Part shown: positions 1 to 12,700 of the stretch, piece after piece
Layout of the letters: each line of letters starts with the position of its first letter
Position numbering within the stretch: the first letter of the stretch is position 1
Notes under the pieces: model-generated
What the model was told of the DNA's origin: nothing
The model's input: the letters and a program-made list of their open reading frames with translations, nothing else
Database searches by the model: none
Program-made: the position numbers and the translations under genes
Assembly: GCF_001194135.2 (NCBI RefSeq)
Contig: NC_068990.1
Location: 15,097,557 to 15,148,087 of the forward strand
From: Octopus bimaculoides
Lineage: Eukaryota
Reading direction: 5' to 3'
Length of the DNA stretch: 50,531 bases

Positions 1-252
1 CATATTCGTTCGTATCAAATTGTTTTACACCTATTAGAATTTTTTTTTCCCCACCAGGTCAAACGCTTTAGTTTGACCAAAAGATTATATCCATTTAAAT
101 ATTCTTTTCTATTCTAGGCACAAGGCCCGAAACATCTGGGGAGGGCGCCAGCCAATTAGATCGACCCAGTACGCAACTGAACTTAATTTATCGACCCCAT
201 AAAGATGAAAGGCAAAGTCGACCTCGACGGAATATTATCCATTTAAATATTA

Positions 253-497
253 CTCTTTTACTTGTTTCAGTCATTTGACTGCGGTCATGCTGGCGCACCG
301 CTTTTAGTCAAACAAATCGACGCCAGGACTTATTCTTTGTTTGCCTGGTACTTATTCTATTGGTGTCTTTTCCCGAACCTCCAAATTACGGGGACGTAAA
401 CACACCCACACCAGTTGTCAAGCGATGGTGGGAGGACAAACACAGAGACACACATACATATATACGTATATATATACGATGAGCTTCTTTCAGTTTC
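253..497 (-). mobile_element. SINE family A 3' half. Further older copies near 3736-4310, 4500-4615, 4740-5070, 14900-15180, 15920-16215, 24750-24900, 33997-34140, 34537-34700, 48620-48860
   Basis: Tail ttacttgtttcagtcatttgactgcgg and shared body. Confidence 0.8.
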
Positions 498-552
498 CAA
501 GAGTGTAGTGGGTGCTTTTACGTGCCACCAGCACGAAGGCCAGTCAGGTGAA

Positions 553-750
553 CCTTTAAATCAGCCATATCCAGCCAAAATATTCCATCTGACCAGATCT
601 GGCCTCTCACACCTACCTTCCAAATATCACTCTAATATATAAAGAATCATATTATTGAAATCTCAAAGCTTCAAGATAACTCATGATTAATTCAAAACAA
701 TGTGAATACATAAGAATTACATTTTACAGAATAGTCTAAATGCTAAATGT
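553..750 (+). mobile_element. Degenerate copy of the piggyBac-related MITE family
   Basis: Shared body (cagccatatccagcc..tctggcctctcacacctac..gattaattcaaaacaatgtgaata). Confidence 0.55.
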
Positions 751-1679
751 CAAGAACATCAACTGTTTGCCGTTCTCTGGCACAATATTGCTACTCCAGT
801 TTACCTTCAAAGCAATTCTGTGTTCTAAGTTCAAAGCCAACTGGAGTCAACTTCACCTTTCATCCATTTTGGGGTCAATAAATAAAGAACAGGGATCGGT
901 TCTCTTTCTCGGAACCAGATGCATTTTGCAATGAGGATTTCAAGGAACCAGTTATAATATTCTTTCCTCCAGAAACGGTGACTGTTTGAATGAAGGACTA
1001 GCAACTTCTTATAGTAAAACTGATATGCTACAGGAACTGTCCAAGCTCTGATATACGGTACAATATGGAAAGGAAATATAATAAAAGTTAATTGATACAA
1101 ATATATCCAGGGATGTCTTCTGCATGAAAAGTTCTAATCTAATTTATATACTCTGATCATAGCACACTTAACATATGATCATATAATCAAAATTTCAAAT
1201 GTACAATAATCAAGTTTAAGATAGATTTCCAAAATGATCTAGAACATAACATTCATCTTGTTATATAAATGAATATCAGTGAGCTGAAATATAAGAGAAA
1301 TAAGTCAATTCTATTGCAGGTAAATCAACAATTTATTTGTAGTAAATTTTAAATGTAAAAAAATATTTATTATTAATTTCCAATTAAACTGAGAAATAAA
1401 ATCTCAGATAAACGACCTAATTATTTAAATTTACATGTATATATTTTTAATTTCTGACTGAAACACAGAAAAATGTCATGATGCTTTAGAAATAAAAATT
1501 TATCTTAGAGAGGTTAGTAATGTAAAGGTATTTTCGAAGCTTTCAATGTTTTATTCTTATTTGTATTGCTTCTATTAATCAATCCTATGTCTAACATTCC
1601 TTTGTACCATCAATTCCATAAGCTAAAAGCATGTATATAGGTAAGAAATTAGAATGAGAAAGGAATAAACAGTTATGTC

Positions 1680-1824
1680 ATGAACTCCTTACAGCTGTTT
1701 CTGCTATAATATATGCAATGCACTCATAGTTGACTGCTTCAGTATCACAATAACTTCATCAGAGCTTCAAACATGAGTGCATCGCATATAATAGCAGAAA
1801 CAGCTGTAAGCTAATGAAGTTCAT
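1680..1824. repeat. Imperfect inverted repeat with a hammerhead-like loop
   Basis: Core arms at 1688-1727 and 1773-1810. The loop on the minus strand reads CTGATGA-AGT..ACT-GAAG-CA-GTC. Confidence 0.85.
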
Positions 1825-2187
1825 AACCTGTTTATTCCTTTCTCATTCTAATTTCTTATTACCACTCTGTAACTGGTACTTATTTCATCGACCCCGAAAG
1901 GATGAAAGGCAAATTCAATCTCAGTGGAATTTGAACTCAGAATGCAAAGAGTTGGAAGAAATGCCACTTGACATTTTTGTCTGCTGCACAAACGATTTGG
2001 CAAGCTTGCTGCCTTCATAAGCACTATGAATGATAAAAATGATAATTAATATTGCTATGCCTAGCGATATATATATATATAATTTAATAATAGGATAAAG
2101 TCTTTGTAAGAATTTATCAAGTAGTTAGCATGAAAAAAACTCATAGGGGAAAAAATCCATCATTTATTCCCTATAAATATATTTGTT

Positions 2188-2397
2188 TATAAGGGCAATT
2201 ACTATACATAAATGCCTCACGCTAAGAGGGACTCTAAGGTCAAACTACCATAATAAACACATTTTTACCGAACGCGAGGGAATGCAACTCTCAAAGCCAA
2301 CCCCATCCACGTTCGGTAAAAATGTGTTTATTATGGTAGTTTGACTTTAGAGTCCCTCTTAGCGTGAGGCATTTATGTATAGTAATTTGCCCTTATA
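2188..2397. repeat. Near-perfect inverted repeat, about 87-bp arms and 35-nt spacer
   Basis: tataagggcaattactatacataaatgcc..ttaccgaacg / cgttcggtaa..atttgcccttata. Confidence 0.95.
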
Positions 2398-4892
2398 TAA
2401 ATATATATATACATATATATATATATGACACACACAGGTACAACACTGACTTTCTGGACACTGGTGGTTTGGATCCTCTTGTAATCCACACCAAGTTCCA
2501 GCCTGGAACATCAAATTCCCGTCACAGCCTGACTAGTTTACTGGTACCTAACATAATACAGTAGTAATTGAATTTGCATCATTTATATAGTTGGGTACAG
2601 GCACCTGTATTTCATGTGATTCATTATCATCATCATTTAACATCCCTTTTTCCATGCTGGCATGGGTTAGACGGTCTAACAAGAGCAGATGAGCCAGAAG
2701 ACTCTTCCAGATTCTGCTTTGGCTTGATTTCTACAGCTGGATGCCCTTGCTAAAAACAACCACACTCTCTCTTAAGTAAATTTAATAATAGCGTTAGGAA
2801 GGGCATCCAGCTGTAGAAACTCTGCCAAATCAGATTGGAGCCTGGTGTAGCCATCTGGTTTCACCAGTCCTCAGTCAAATCGTCCAACCCATTCTAGCAT
2901 GGAAAGCAGACGTTAAACGATGATGATAATTCAAAGTGTATTGACCAAGGTGGCCATCTCTGGATAGGGAGAAAAAAAAAAACGATGTTATACCTGTGTA
3001 TGTATATATAACAACTACTAGCCCTTTGGATACCAACCCACCTGAGACTACGCCTGGTTCAATGATAGAAGCTTTCTATTTTTAAGTAAATTATAACCTC
3101 TCACAATACCATGCTCTTTATTGTTCCAAACCCCAGCTTAATAATGACAAAATTATTTTACTTAATTCTTCATTATTTCCAAAATTTATTGAAGCAATAG
3201 TGTATTTCCAGAGATATATGATAATGAAAAGGTTAAAATTGTAATCACAGCTTTTCTTAACAAAAATTAACAATACTTTCTTGTTTGACATTAAGGTTTG
3301 TTTGTCAACACAACAAACTTCTTGTACTGACCTCATTAAATTAGTTATATTTTAACTTCTGCTTTTTTTTTTTCAGGTTACAGAAAATTAAGACAACCTA
3401 AATGATGTTCATATTAGATTTAGTTTTTATCAAAACAATTTTATTTAAAAATATCATTTCTATTTTTAATATTTACAATAATTTATTTCAACAACATTTA
3501 TGATCATCTTTGTAGGTCTAATCCCTTAATAAATAAAACCGAAAATGTTGAAAATATTGAAGAAAAATAATTCACATATATCAGGCTATTAACCTCATCT
3601 TTTGTGCTTAAATTTACACAATGTTTTAATTGGGTCGAAAGTTGCAAAAAGAATTCCAAAAGAAAGGTTTAACAGCCTTGAAAAATTTTAAATATTGTGA
3701 AAACTCATAATTGTGACTTAACTATTCTAGGATTAGCAATGGCTGGGTGGTTAAGAAGCTCACTTTGTGACCACGTAGTTTCGAGTTCAATCTTACTGCG
3801 TGGCACCTTGGGCAGATGTCTTCTACTATAACATCAGCCATCCAATGCCTTGTAAAGGGACCTGGTAGATGGAAACTGTATGGAAGCCCATCATATATAA
3901 ACACAATCATGGCTGTGAGGTTAGGAAGTTTGCTTCTCAATTATGTGGTTTTGGGTTCAGTCCCAAAGCATGGCACTTTGAGCAAGTGCCTTCTGCTATA
4001 GCCTAAGGCCAACTGAAGCCTTGAGATAGAATTTGGTTGATGGATGTTCCCTTCGTGTGTATACATGTGTCCAAAAGCGACTGTGCCTCCTTCAACACAC
4101 ACACACACACACTATGTGTGTGTGCCTTTGTGTTTGTTCCCACCTGTATGACAACCAATGTTGTTTACATTCCTGTAACACAATGATTTGCCAAAGGAGA
4201 CCAATAGAACAAGTACCAGACCTTAAGAAATTAGTACTGGGGTCAATTGAATCAAACGAAACCCTTCGAGGCAGTGCCCTTGCAATGTTACATTCCAATG
4301 ACGGGAACAAGCTAGTTTTACATTTTCCTGATAAATCGACAAATTCATCATTTTAACATCCACACTCAACATAGTTGGACGGAAATTGCTGAGGTGGAAG
4401 ATTGGAAACAAGACACACAGCTTGCATGATGGTGACTCATTTACAACTATCACAAGGTCCACGCAAGGAGACAGTAACACACACACACACACATACATAC
4501 ATAAGGCTCTGGTTGGCCCAAGGCTATAGAAGAAGACACTTGCCCAAGGAATCGTGCAGTGGGACTGAACCTGAAACCATTTAGTTGGAAAGCAAACTTC
4601 TTACCACACCTGCATCCACAATTCTGCAAATAAATATATCTGATTTAACAAAAAAAATTATTAATTTAAATTTAAGCAGGCATCAATTACTTTTAGTTTG
4701 TGTAAAAGTGAATTCCTGCACTTTGTTACTTATAAACTTCACATTTTAACTATCCTTTACTTCTTTCAATCATTGGACTGTGGCCATTCTGGGGCACCAT
4801 CTAGATGGGTCTCTTCTGTCAAACTAAGTTACAGGGGATATAAACAAACCAACAATGCTTATCAAGCAATAGTGGGTTACAAAAATCAGACG

Positions 4893-4948
<56 letters not shown>

Positions 4949-7296
4949 TACACACACATGCACACAATGTGCTTCCACACAGTTTCTATCTACTAAATTA
5001 ACTCACAAGGCATTACTCACAAGACACTTGCCCACGGTGCTGCACTGTGGAATTAAACCTGAAGCCTATGTGGAGTTGCAAAATACAAAAAAAAAAAATT
5101 TTTTGGGGGTATGAACCATTCATAAGTCACACATGAGAAAAATAACCAAAATAACAAAATTAAGAAAATACCATCTTTATATATATTTATGATATCGTAA
5201 CTATACCCACTCGGGACTTACAATTAGCTAGCTTTTGCATTATCTCATTTGCGCTAAATGTGTGCAGCAGCTAAAAAAAAGCATTGGATAACTTTAATTT
5301 ATATATATATATATAATACATTATAAAGAAAAAGAAAATATTTATATTTAAATAAAAAATGCAAAATATTTTATTTGTGGAATTACTTTCAAAATCACAA
5401 TTGGTGTTTTTTGTTTGTTTATTTTTTTTTTTAGTATTTTTTTTTATTTATGTGATAAATTTAACAAATTTGTAATAAAAAATATTTGCAAATATACAAT
5501 AAATCATTGCTGCCAAATATACAAATAAACCACTTGTCTGGCATGTTCCTAATACAGAGTAAATATAGTAAATTAACACTATTAGTTTAAAAACTACCTT
5601 ACTAATTTTCTAATGTAGGATGCAACAATTAATTAATTCTAATGTAAAATGTAATAATTAGGTCTTGCTGAGAAATTAAATGATTATATGGTTTACTTTA
5701 CATTTAATATCTACATTTATATGTAAAATATTTAAAGTAATTATATTATGTCCAAAAGTAACAGATTTTTGAGTAATATGCCCAAATAAATAAATAACGG
5801 TATCAATTTGAATTTAAAATGTCTACATTGGACATAGTTCTTAAAGGCATAGAATGTTTGGTGTTGGTCAAGAGCAAAATTAAAGAACTGCAATGAGATA
5901 TGAAATTTGATGGTCCAGGAACCAAGAGCCTACTTGATAATAATTTCATACGTCACTGATGCAGGTGATAATAAATTTATCTCAGCAGGATTTGAACTTG
6001 GAACAGAAAGTTGCGTTTTTAAACACTGCCAGGTAATTTATCTATCATTTTATCAATTTTGCCAGTATATCACATTAGTGTTTATTATTGTTATTATTAT
6101 CATCATCATAAGCATAATTAATAATTGTTTCAAATTTTGGGACAAGGCCAGAAATTATTTTAAGGGAAGGGGCAGTCAGTCGATTTTATTGATCACAACA
6201 TTTGATTGGTATTTTATTTTATTGACCCTGAAAGGGATGAAAGGCAAAGCTGACCATGCCAGGATTTGAACTCAAAATGCAGAGAGCCAGAAAAAATACC
6301 TCAAGACATTTTGTCTGCTGCACTAATGATTCTGCCAGCCTGCTGCCTTTATAAGCATTATTGATAATCCTTTCTGCTGTAGGCCTGAAATTTCAAGGGA
6401 ATGGGGTGGAGGGATGGTCGATTACATCGACACCAGTACACAACTGGTACTTATTTCATCGACCCCGAAAGGATGAAAGGCAAATTCAATCTCAGTGGAA
6501 TTTGAACTCAGAATGCAAAGAGTTGGAAGAAATGCCACTTGACATTTTTGTCTGCTGCACAAACGATTTGGCAAGCTTGCTGCCTTCATAAGCACTATGA
6601 ATGATAAAAATGATAATAATCTATAATTTAGGCACAAGGCCTGCAATTTAGAGGGAGGAGATTAGTCAATTTGATTGAACCCAACTCTAGATTGGTATTA
6701 TATTTTCTCAATCTTGGAAGGATGAAAGGCAGTCAACATAGGCAGGATTTGACTTCATAATAAAGAGCTAGAACAAATATTGCAAGGTATTTTGTTTGAG
6801 AGTCTAATAATTCCGCCAATCTTCTACCGTCTTCTCCAAATAATTAATATTACTAATAAATAACAACAACAGTAGTTAATAAAATAAAAAAGATTTTAAA
6901 AATTAAGAAATACAGGAATTCTTCTTTTAGTTATTTTTTTAAAAGGGAATATATATAAATATAGTAATTGATTAAGCAACTAAAAAAAAATTCCTATACA
7001 TTGACTGCAATAAAAGCTTTAAAAATAAAAAATGAAAAAGTATTTAGCTCAGAATAAAATTTAACTTATTACATTTTTTTACTTTGTAATAGAGCTCTTG
7101 TATGTACATCTGATTGTTGGATCTTGTGTTTTAAGACTGTTCTGTAACTGTGGATAATTTCATTAATTTTAATTATAACAACATTTACATTTGATAGTTA
7201 TTTACAATTAATAACTTCAGATTTCAAACGAAAAAAAAAAAAAGAATTTTTCTTCCTTAAAGCAGATAATTACAGGTGTTTAATAAATTTAATTAC

Positions 7297-7330
<34 letters not shown>

Positions 7331-7527
7331 GTCAAAACTTAGATTAAAAAAAAAAAATCTTAAGATTATAAGAGCAAAAGTATATCTTTTTTTTTGATTT
7401 GATTACAAACTTAACTGTAAAAATTTTTTTTAAATTAGAAAAAATAAGCTAAACAAAAAAAAAGTCAGCAAAAAATCATTTCTCTCCGGGGGGAAAAAAT
7501 AATGTAAAAAAAGTTTATTTTAGATTT

Positions 7528-7620
7528 TTAACCGAGATCAACAGATTCAGATGAAGAAGAAGCTTTCGTAGTTGGCTCCCTTACAGTGAGATTTTCCCTG
7601 CATATTGGACAGTTTCCATG
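7528..7620 (-). CDS. RNF115/126-like exon 9 coding part (HGNCPICRENLTVREPTTKASSSSESVDLG*)
   Basis: Acceptor ttttatcttttcag. Supplies the last C-x2-C of the RING. TAA at 7528-7530 is followed by an A/T-rich, 3'UTR-like tract. Confidence 0.93.
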   Translation of the reverse strand, partial: HGNCPICRENLTVREPTTKASSSSESVDLG

Positions 7621-9664
7621 CTGAAAAGATAAAATAGAAACTCAAGTTTGAAACAAGATGACTGTAGGCAAGAAAGAAGACTTAGAAAGTACAAGCATTT
7701 GATGAATGTGGAGGGAATGACAGCTTTATAAAGCAAAGTGGATGGAACTTGCAGAAAAAAGAAACCAAGGAAGACATGGGATGAAGAGATAAAGACTAAT
7801 CTCACAAAGGATTGCGAGGCATACAAGACCTGCCTACCTGTGCAAGCATGGAATATTGAATGTTAAAAACGTAGGTGCAGGAGTGGCTTTGTGGTAAGTA
7901 GCTTGCTTACCAACCACATGGTTCTGGGTTCATTCCCACTGCGTGGCACCTTGGCCAAGTGTCTTCTACTATAGTCTCGGGTCGACCAAAATCTTGTGAG
8001 TGGGTTTGGTAGACGGAAAACTGAAAGAAGCCCGTCATATATATGTATATATATATAGATGTGTGTGAGTGTGTATATGTTTGTGTGTCTGTGTTTGTCC
8101 CACCAACATCGCTTGACAACCGCGATGCTGGTGTGTTTACGTCCCCGTAACTTAGCAGTTTGGCAAAAGAGACCGATAGAATAAGTACTAGGCTTCCAAA
8201 GAATAAGTCCTGGGGTCGATTTGCTCGACTAAAGGCGGTGCTCCAGCATGGCCACAGTCATGACTGAAACAAGTAAAAGAGTAAAAGAGTAGTGTATACA
8301 GGCTGAAAGGTATATAGACATCTGTATTCGAACCTATTTCCTAATATATCCCTGTTAAGCCTCTATCTGATGATTCGGGCCTATTGCTCAATATATCCCT
8401 GTTAAGTTTATCTAATACCTCATTTGAATCTATTGGCCTATATATGCTAATTAACCTTTCACAGGTCCTTTGATAATTTCTCATCTTGCTTTTACTTAAC
8501 TCTGTCACTCTTATATTCCCTGCAACACCATTGTTTTACCCATGATGCATTTCTTTGCCATCTAATCTCTCACCCTCGCCCCTCTTCTATCCACTCTACC
8601 ATGACAGTTTCCACCCAGTATACTCTCACTCCAGTGCTGTTTCTCTTTACTACCCTCCCATTCCAGCCATGAATTCCCCTTACTATATACTGATGAGACA
8701 ATGAAAGTTCCACTTTCACCACTTAAATTGACAACAAAAATTATTGCTAAAATCTTGGCACCTACAGAGGAAAGTCTGAAAGATTTTGCTGATAATGATC
8801 CTAAAAGTCAATATAACATAAAAACTACAATGAGCTCCATTCCTAATGTGAAATTTACAAAGAGATGATGAGTCATAAACAACAGTTAACTTTGGATAAA
8901 TTCTCCCACCACCTCATGCTGATGTTGGTGATAATGAACAACAAAATAGTATATAATATTATAATAATGAAATTATTGTGTGTAGTACTCAGGTGCACTA
9001 TAACTAATAAAACAGTGTGTACGAGATGGCTCCAGTGGTTTCAGGGTTAGGAAGAGTCTAGCAGTAAGATTCAGTTTAAATGAAGTAACCCCAAGGCTAA
9101 GCCCGCATGCTCATCCTCTAAGTAATAATCATTCCACCATCACCCTTCAATAGTAGTCATTATCTTTTGTTCTAAGAACATACACTGGCTAAGAACATAT
9201 ATATATNNNNNNNNNNNNNNNNNNNNNNNNNNNNNNNNNNNNNNNNNNNNNNNNNNNNNNNNNNNNNNNNNNNNNNNNNNNNNNNNNNNNNNNNNNNNNN
9301 NNNNNNNNNNNNNNNNNNNNNNNNNNNNNNNNNNNNNNNNNNNNNNNNNNNNNNNNNNNNNNNNNNNNNNNNNNNNNNNNNNNNNNNNNNNNNNNNNNNN
9401 NNNNNNNNNNNNNNNNNNNNNNNNNNNNNNNNNNNNNNNNNNNNNNNNNNNNNNNNNNNNNNNNNNNNNNNNNNNNNNNNNNNNNNNNNNNNNNNNNNNN
9501 NNNNNNNNNNNNNNNNNNNNNNNNNNNNNNNNNNNNNNNNNNNNNNNNGTGTGTGTGTGTGTGTGTGTGTATCCCTCTCTCTCTCTTTCGGAGAGACACA
9601 AGCACATACACAGACATGTACACATGCAGCAGTAACTTCCACCTACCAAATTCAATCACAAAGC

Positions 9665-9703
<39 letters not shown>

Positions 9704-12700
9704 TCATCATCATCATGTAATGTCCGTCTTCCATGCAAGCATATCCATCCCTAATAATTAATTTTTAATTAGCCTGCTGGTTATTTGCAACATCAGTGTC
9801 TATAAAGATGCTGATATTCTATATATCATAGCAGCAAAATTTGACTGGCATGCAGTAACTGGTGCTTCCTACTGATGAGGTCCAATAGACCAAAATCACA
9901 ATGTGGAAATTCCGGTGCCCATGACAGACAAATCTTGTCTGCTATGATTTATGTGTGTGCTTTTACGCACCAAGCTCCTATATGGGAGGGTCTATCAAGG
10001 CTAATAACACAGTATTCAGTGTTCTAACAGGACATCCATATTAAGTTGGATATAAAGATTATCTTTTGGTACTAATACTTCTTCCATTGATAATAATCAA
10101 TTTTTAATAAGCCTACAGGTTATATATTTACATATCATCATTTTGACGTCCACTTTTCCTTGCTTGCATGGGTTGTGCAGAGCTTACTGAGGCAGTTTTT
10201 TTAAAGTTGGATGCCCTTCTTGTCACTAATCTTCATCTGTTTCCAAGGAAGATACTTCCCCATAGCAAAACATGTTTCCACAGAATATCGGAAATGAATG
10301 ACACAGATTGAAAAACAGTGACAATCATTTTACAACTAGCATGCCAAGTCAAGACAAGGAGACACAAACATATACAAATACACACAACTGGCTTCTTTCA
10401 GTTTCTGTCTACTAAGTCCACTCACAGGGCTATACAAATATGTGTGCATGTGTGTGTTTATGTATGCAGGGAGAGAGACTAAAGTAAGATATACCTGTGA
10501 TAGCCAAGTATCAATGCAAATACAGTGGTATTGGTGAGTACAATATAACTGTTTCACTTGTTCTTCTAAAATAAATTCAGACAAACATATTGAACACTGC
10601 AAGCTGTTATCTGCAAAGTAAATACAACAAATGTAACAACAAAATAGATTTTCATAAAGATAAAAAGAGAGATTTCACAAAGAAATTTACTTTAATTTCA
10701 AAATATATCTTTTGACAAAGCAGTAGTCAACCTATTATTGCAAGAAAGAGACAAAGGAGCAACTGACTGAAATACCTTGAGTATTTATAACGAGCTCATT
10801 TTATTGTCTCTGGATGGATGAAAAAATAAAGTCAGTCTACAGATTGTTTTGAACGCAGAATGAAGAGCAGGCATGGGCAACCTTTTTTTCGAGATGCAGG
10901 CCACACTATTAAAATAATTCAAGGTTTTTTTTTTTTTTTGTGGAGGCTCAATGGCCCAGTGGTTAGGGCAGCGGACTCGCGGTCGGAGGGTCGCGGTTTC
11001 GATTCCCGACCGGGCGTTGTGTGTGTGTTTATTGAGCGAAACACCTAAGCTCCACGGGGCTCCGGCAGGGTGTGGTGGCAACCCCTGTTGTACTCTTTTG
11101 CCCCAACTTTCTCAGAACATAGTCTTTATTACTCCATAAGGAGCATAGAGTCGGTTTATCAGTTTCTCTGGTGTATATATTTCTCCCTGAGTGGACTGGA
11201 GCAACATGAAATGAAGTGTTTTGCTCAAAAACAACACGTCACCTGGTCCAAGAATCGAAACCACAACATTACGATCATGAGTCCAACACCCTTACCACTA
11301 AGCCATGTGCCTCCACAAGATCAGAACATGAACAGCTGAAATTAAATCTCCAGTGATTTTTGCAAATCTATTCCTTTTACCTTAAAGTTACATAGCTGTA
11401 ACATTAGGTGAATGGTTTAAAGCTTTAATGTTAGACAATGTACATTACACAACAGGACATACTTCAGTTGAACAAGCTGAATATAGATACTGCATAGTCT
11501 TCACCAACAAGTGAGTCATTTTAGGACACTCACTCATGTATAAAACACATTCTCGAGTAATTACTGCAGATATCTACATTTTAAAAGCCATCTTATCCAT
11601 TTGCAAAGCAGAGATAGCATAAGAATCTTACCAACTTGCTGTTGAGTTATTTTGACTTTGGGTAAAGAATCTATTTTGTCTTTCTCCGCTGGGGGAACTC
11701 CATTACAATCAATCTGGTTTATCAACTGAAAAAAGATTATATATATGTACTGACTAGCAGAGATACCTGGCATCACTCAGGGTTAAAATGGCATAGTTTG
11801 TATGTAGATTACAGTTATGTTGAAACAGGTGATACGGCAAAGTGAAGCATTATAGCAATCACCATGAAAATGACTAAAGAAAATAGTCTAATAATGGGGC
11901 ATATAAACCCTCAACAGAAAAATGTAGGCTTTCCCATACACGTGGGATGCGAACCCACATTCCTTTGTTAACGCAACTAAGTGTGTTACCGATTACACCA
12001 GCAAACCAGCTTGCTCCTTTCTGTCACATTTAAGAACTATATTAGTTCATAGTTGTTTTTGTAAACAAACTTTGAGCTTTTGGTGCAAATGGTTTTGTTA
12101 AGCAGTGTTGAGTTTTACAATTCTGTAAATAATAATTATGGCATTTTTTTATAAGCTTAAAGCTTATAAAAGAATACCATTAATATATATATGTATAAGG
12201 GATACTATACTGGACAATATATTGCTTAATATCTTAATGTTTATATAATACTTACTATTACAATGAAAACCACATCTAGTCAATATACAATTTAAAAGCC
12301 AATGAGAGCAAATCTATTGAATATGAAGAGCAAAGTTTCTAGGTAAGAAATATATCAATGGTTTTATCCATCATCCAGAACAGATGTGCTATTCTTTATT
12401 ATTAATAAAATAAGAATGTCCTCTTATTTTGAGGGCACAAATACTTTTTAGAAAATAAAATTGATTCCACAAGTTTGAAATAATTAAATAATAAAATTAA
12501 AAATTATGATGTGAAAAATTAAGACACAAACCTCACTTATCACAGAATCTCGAAGGCCTCCATAAATATGGAATATATTTCTGAAAAATAGCAAAAATAT
12601 ATATATATATATATAAAAAGAAAACAAATATATTTTATGAACACTAAAATAATTGACTTTTAATAAATACATATTTTTACAAGACACCTCTAATGTGGTT

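Noticed and set aside
740-1100. Coding-looking ORFs on both strands
   Set aside because: Overlap a decayed SINE C core (tgaccccaaaatggatgaaagg) and have no recognisable motifs
10941-11020. tRNA gene candidate
   Set aside because: A and B boxes are present, but there is no acceptor stem or terminator and it continues into a SINE body
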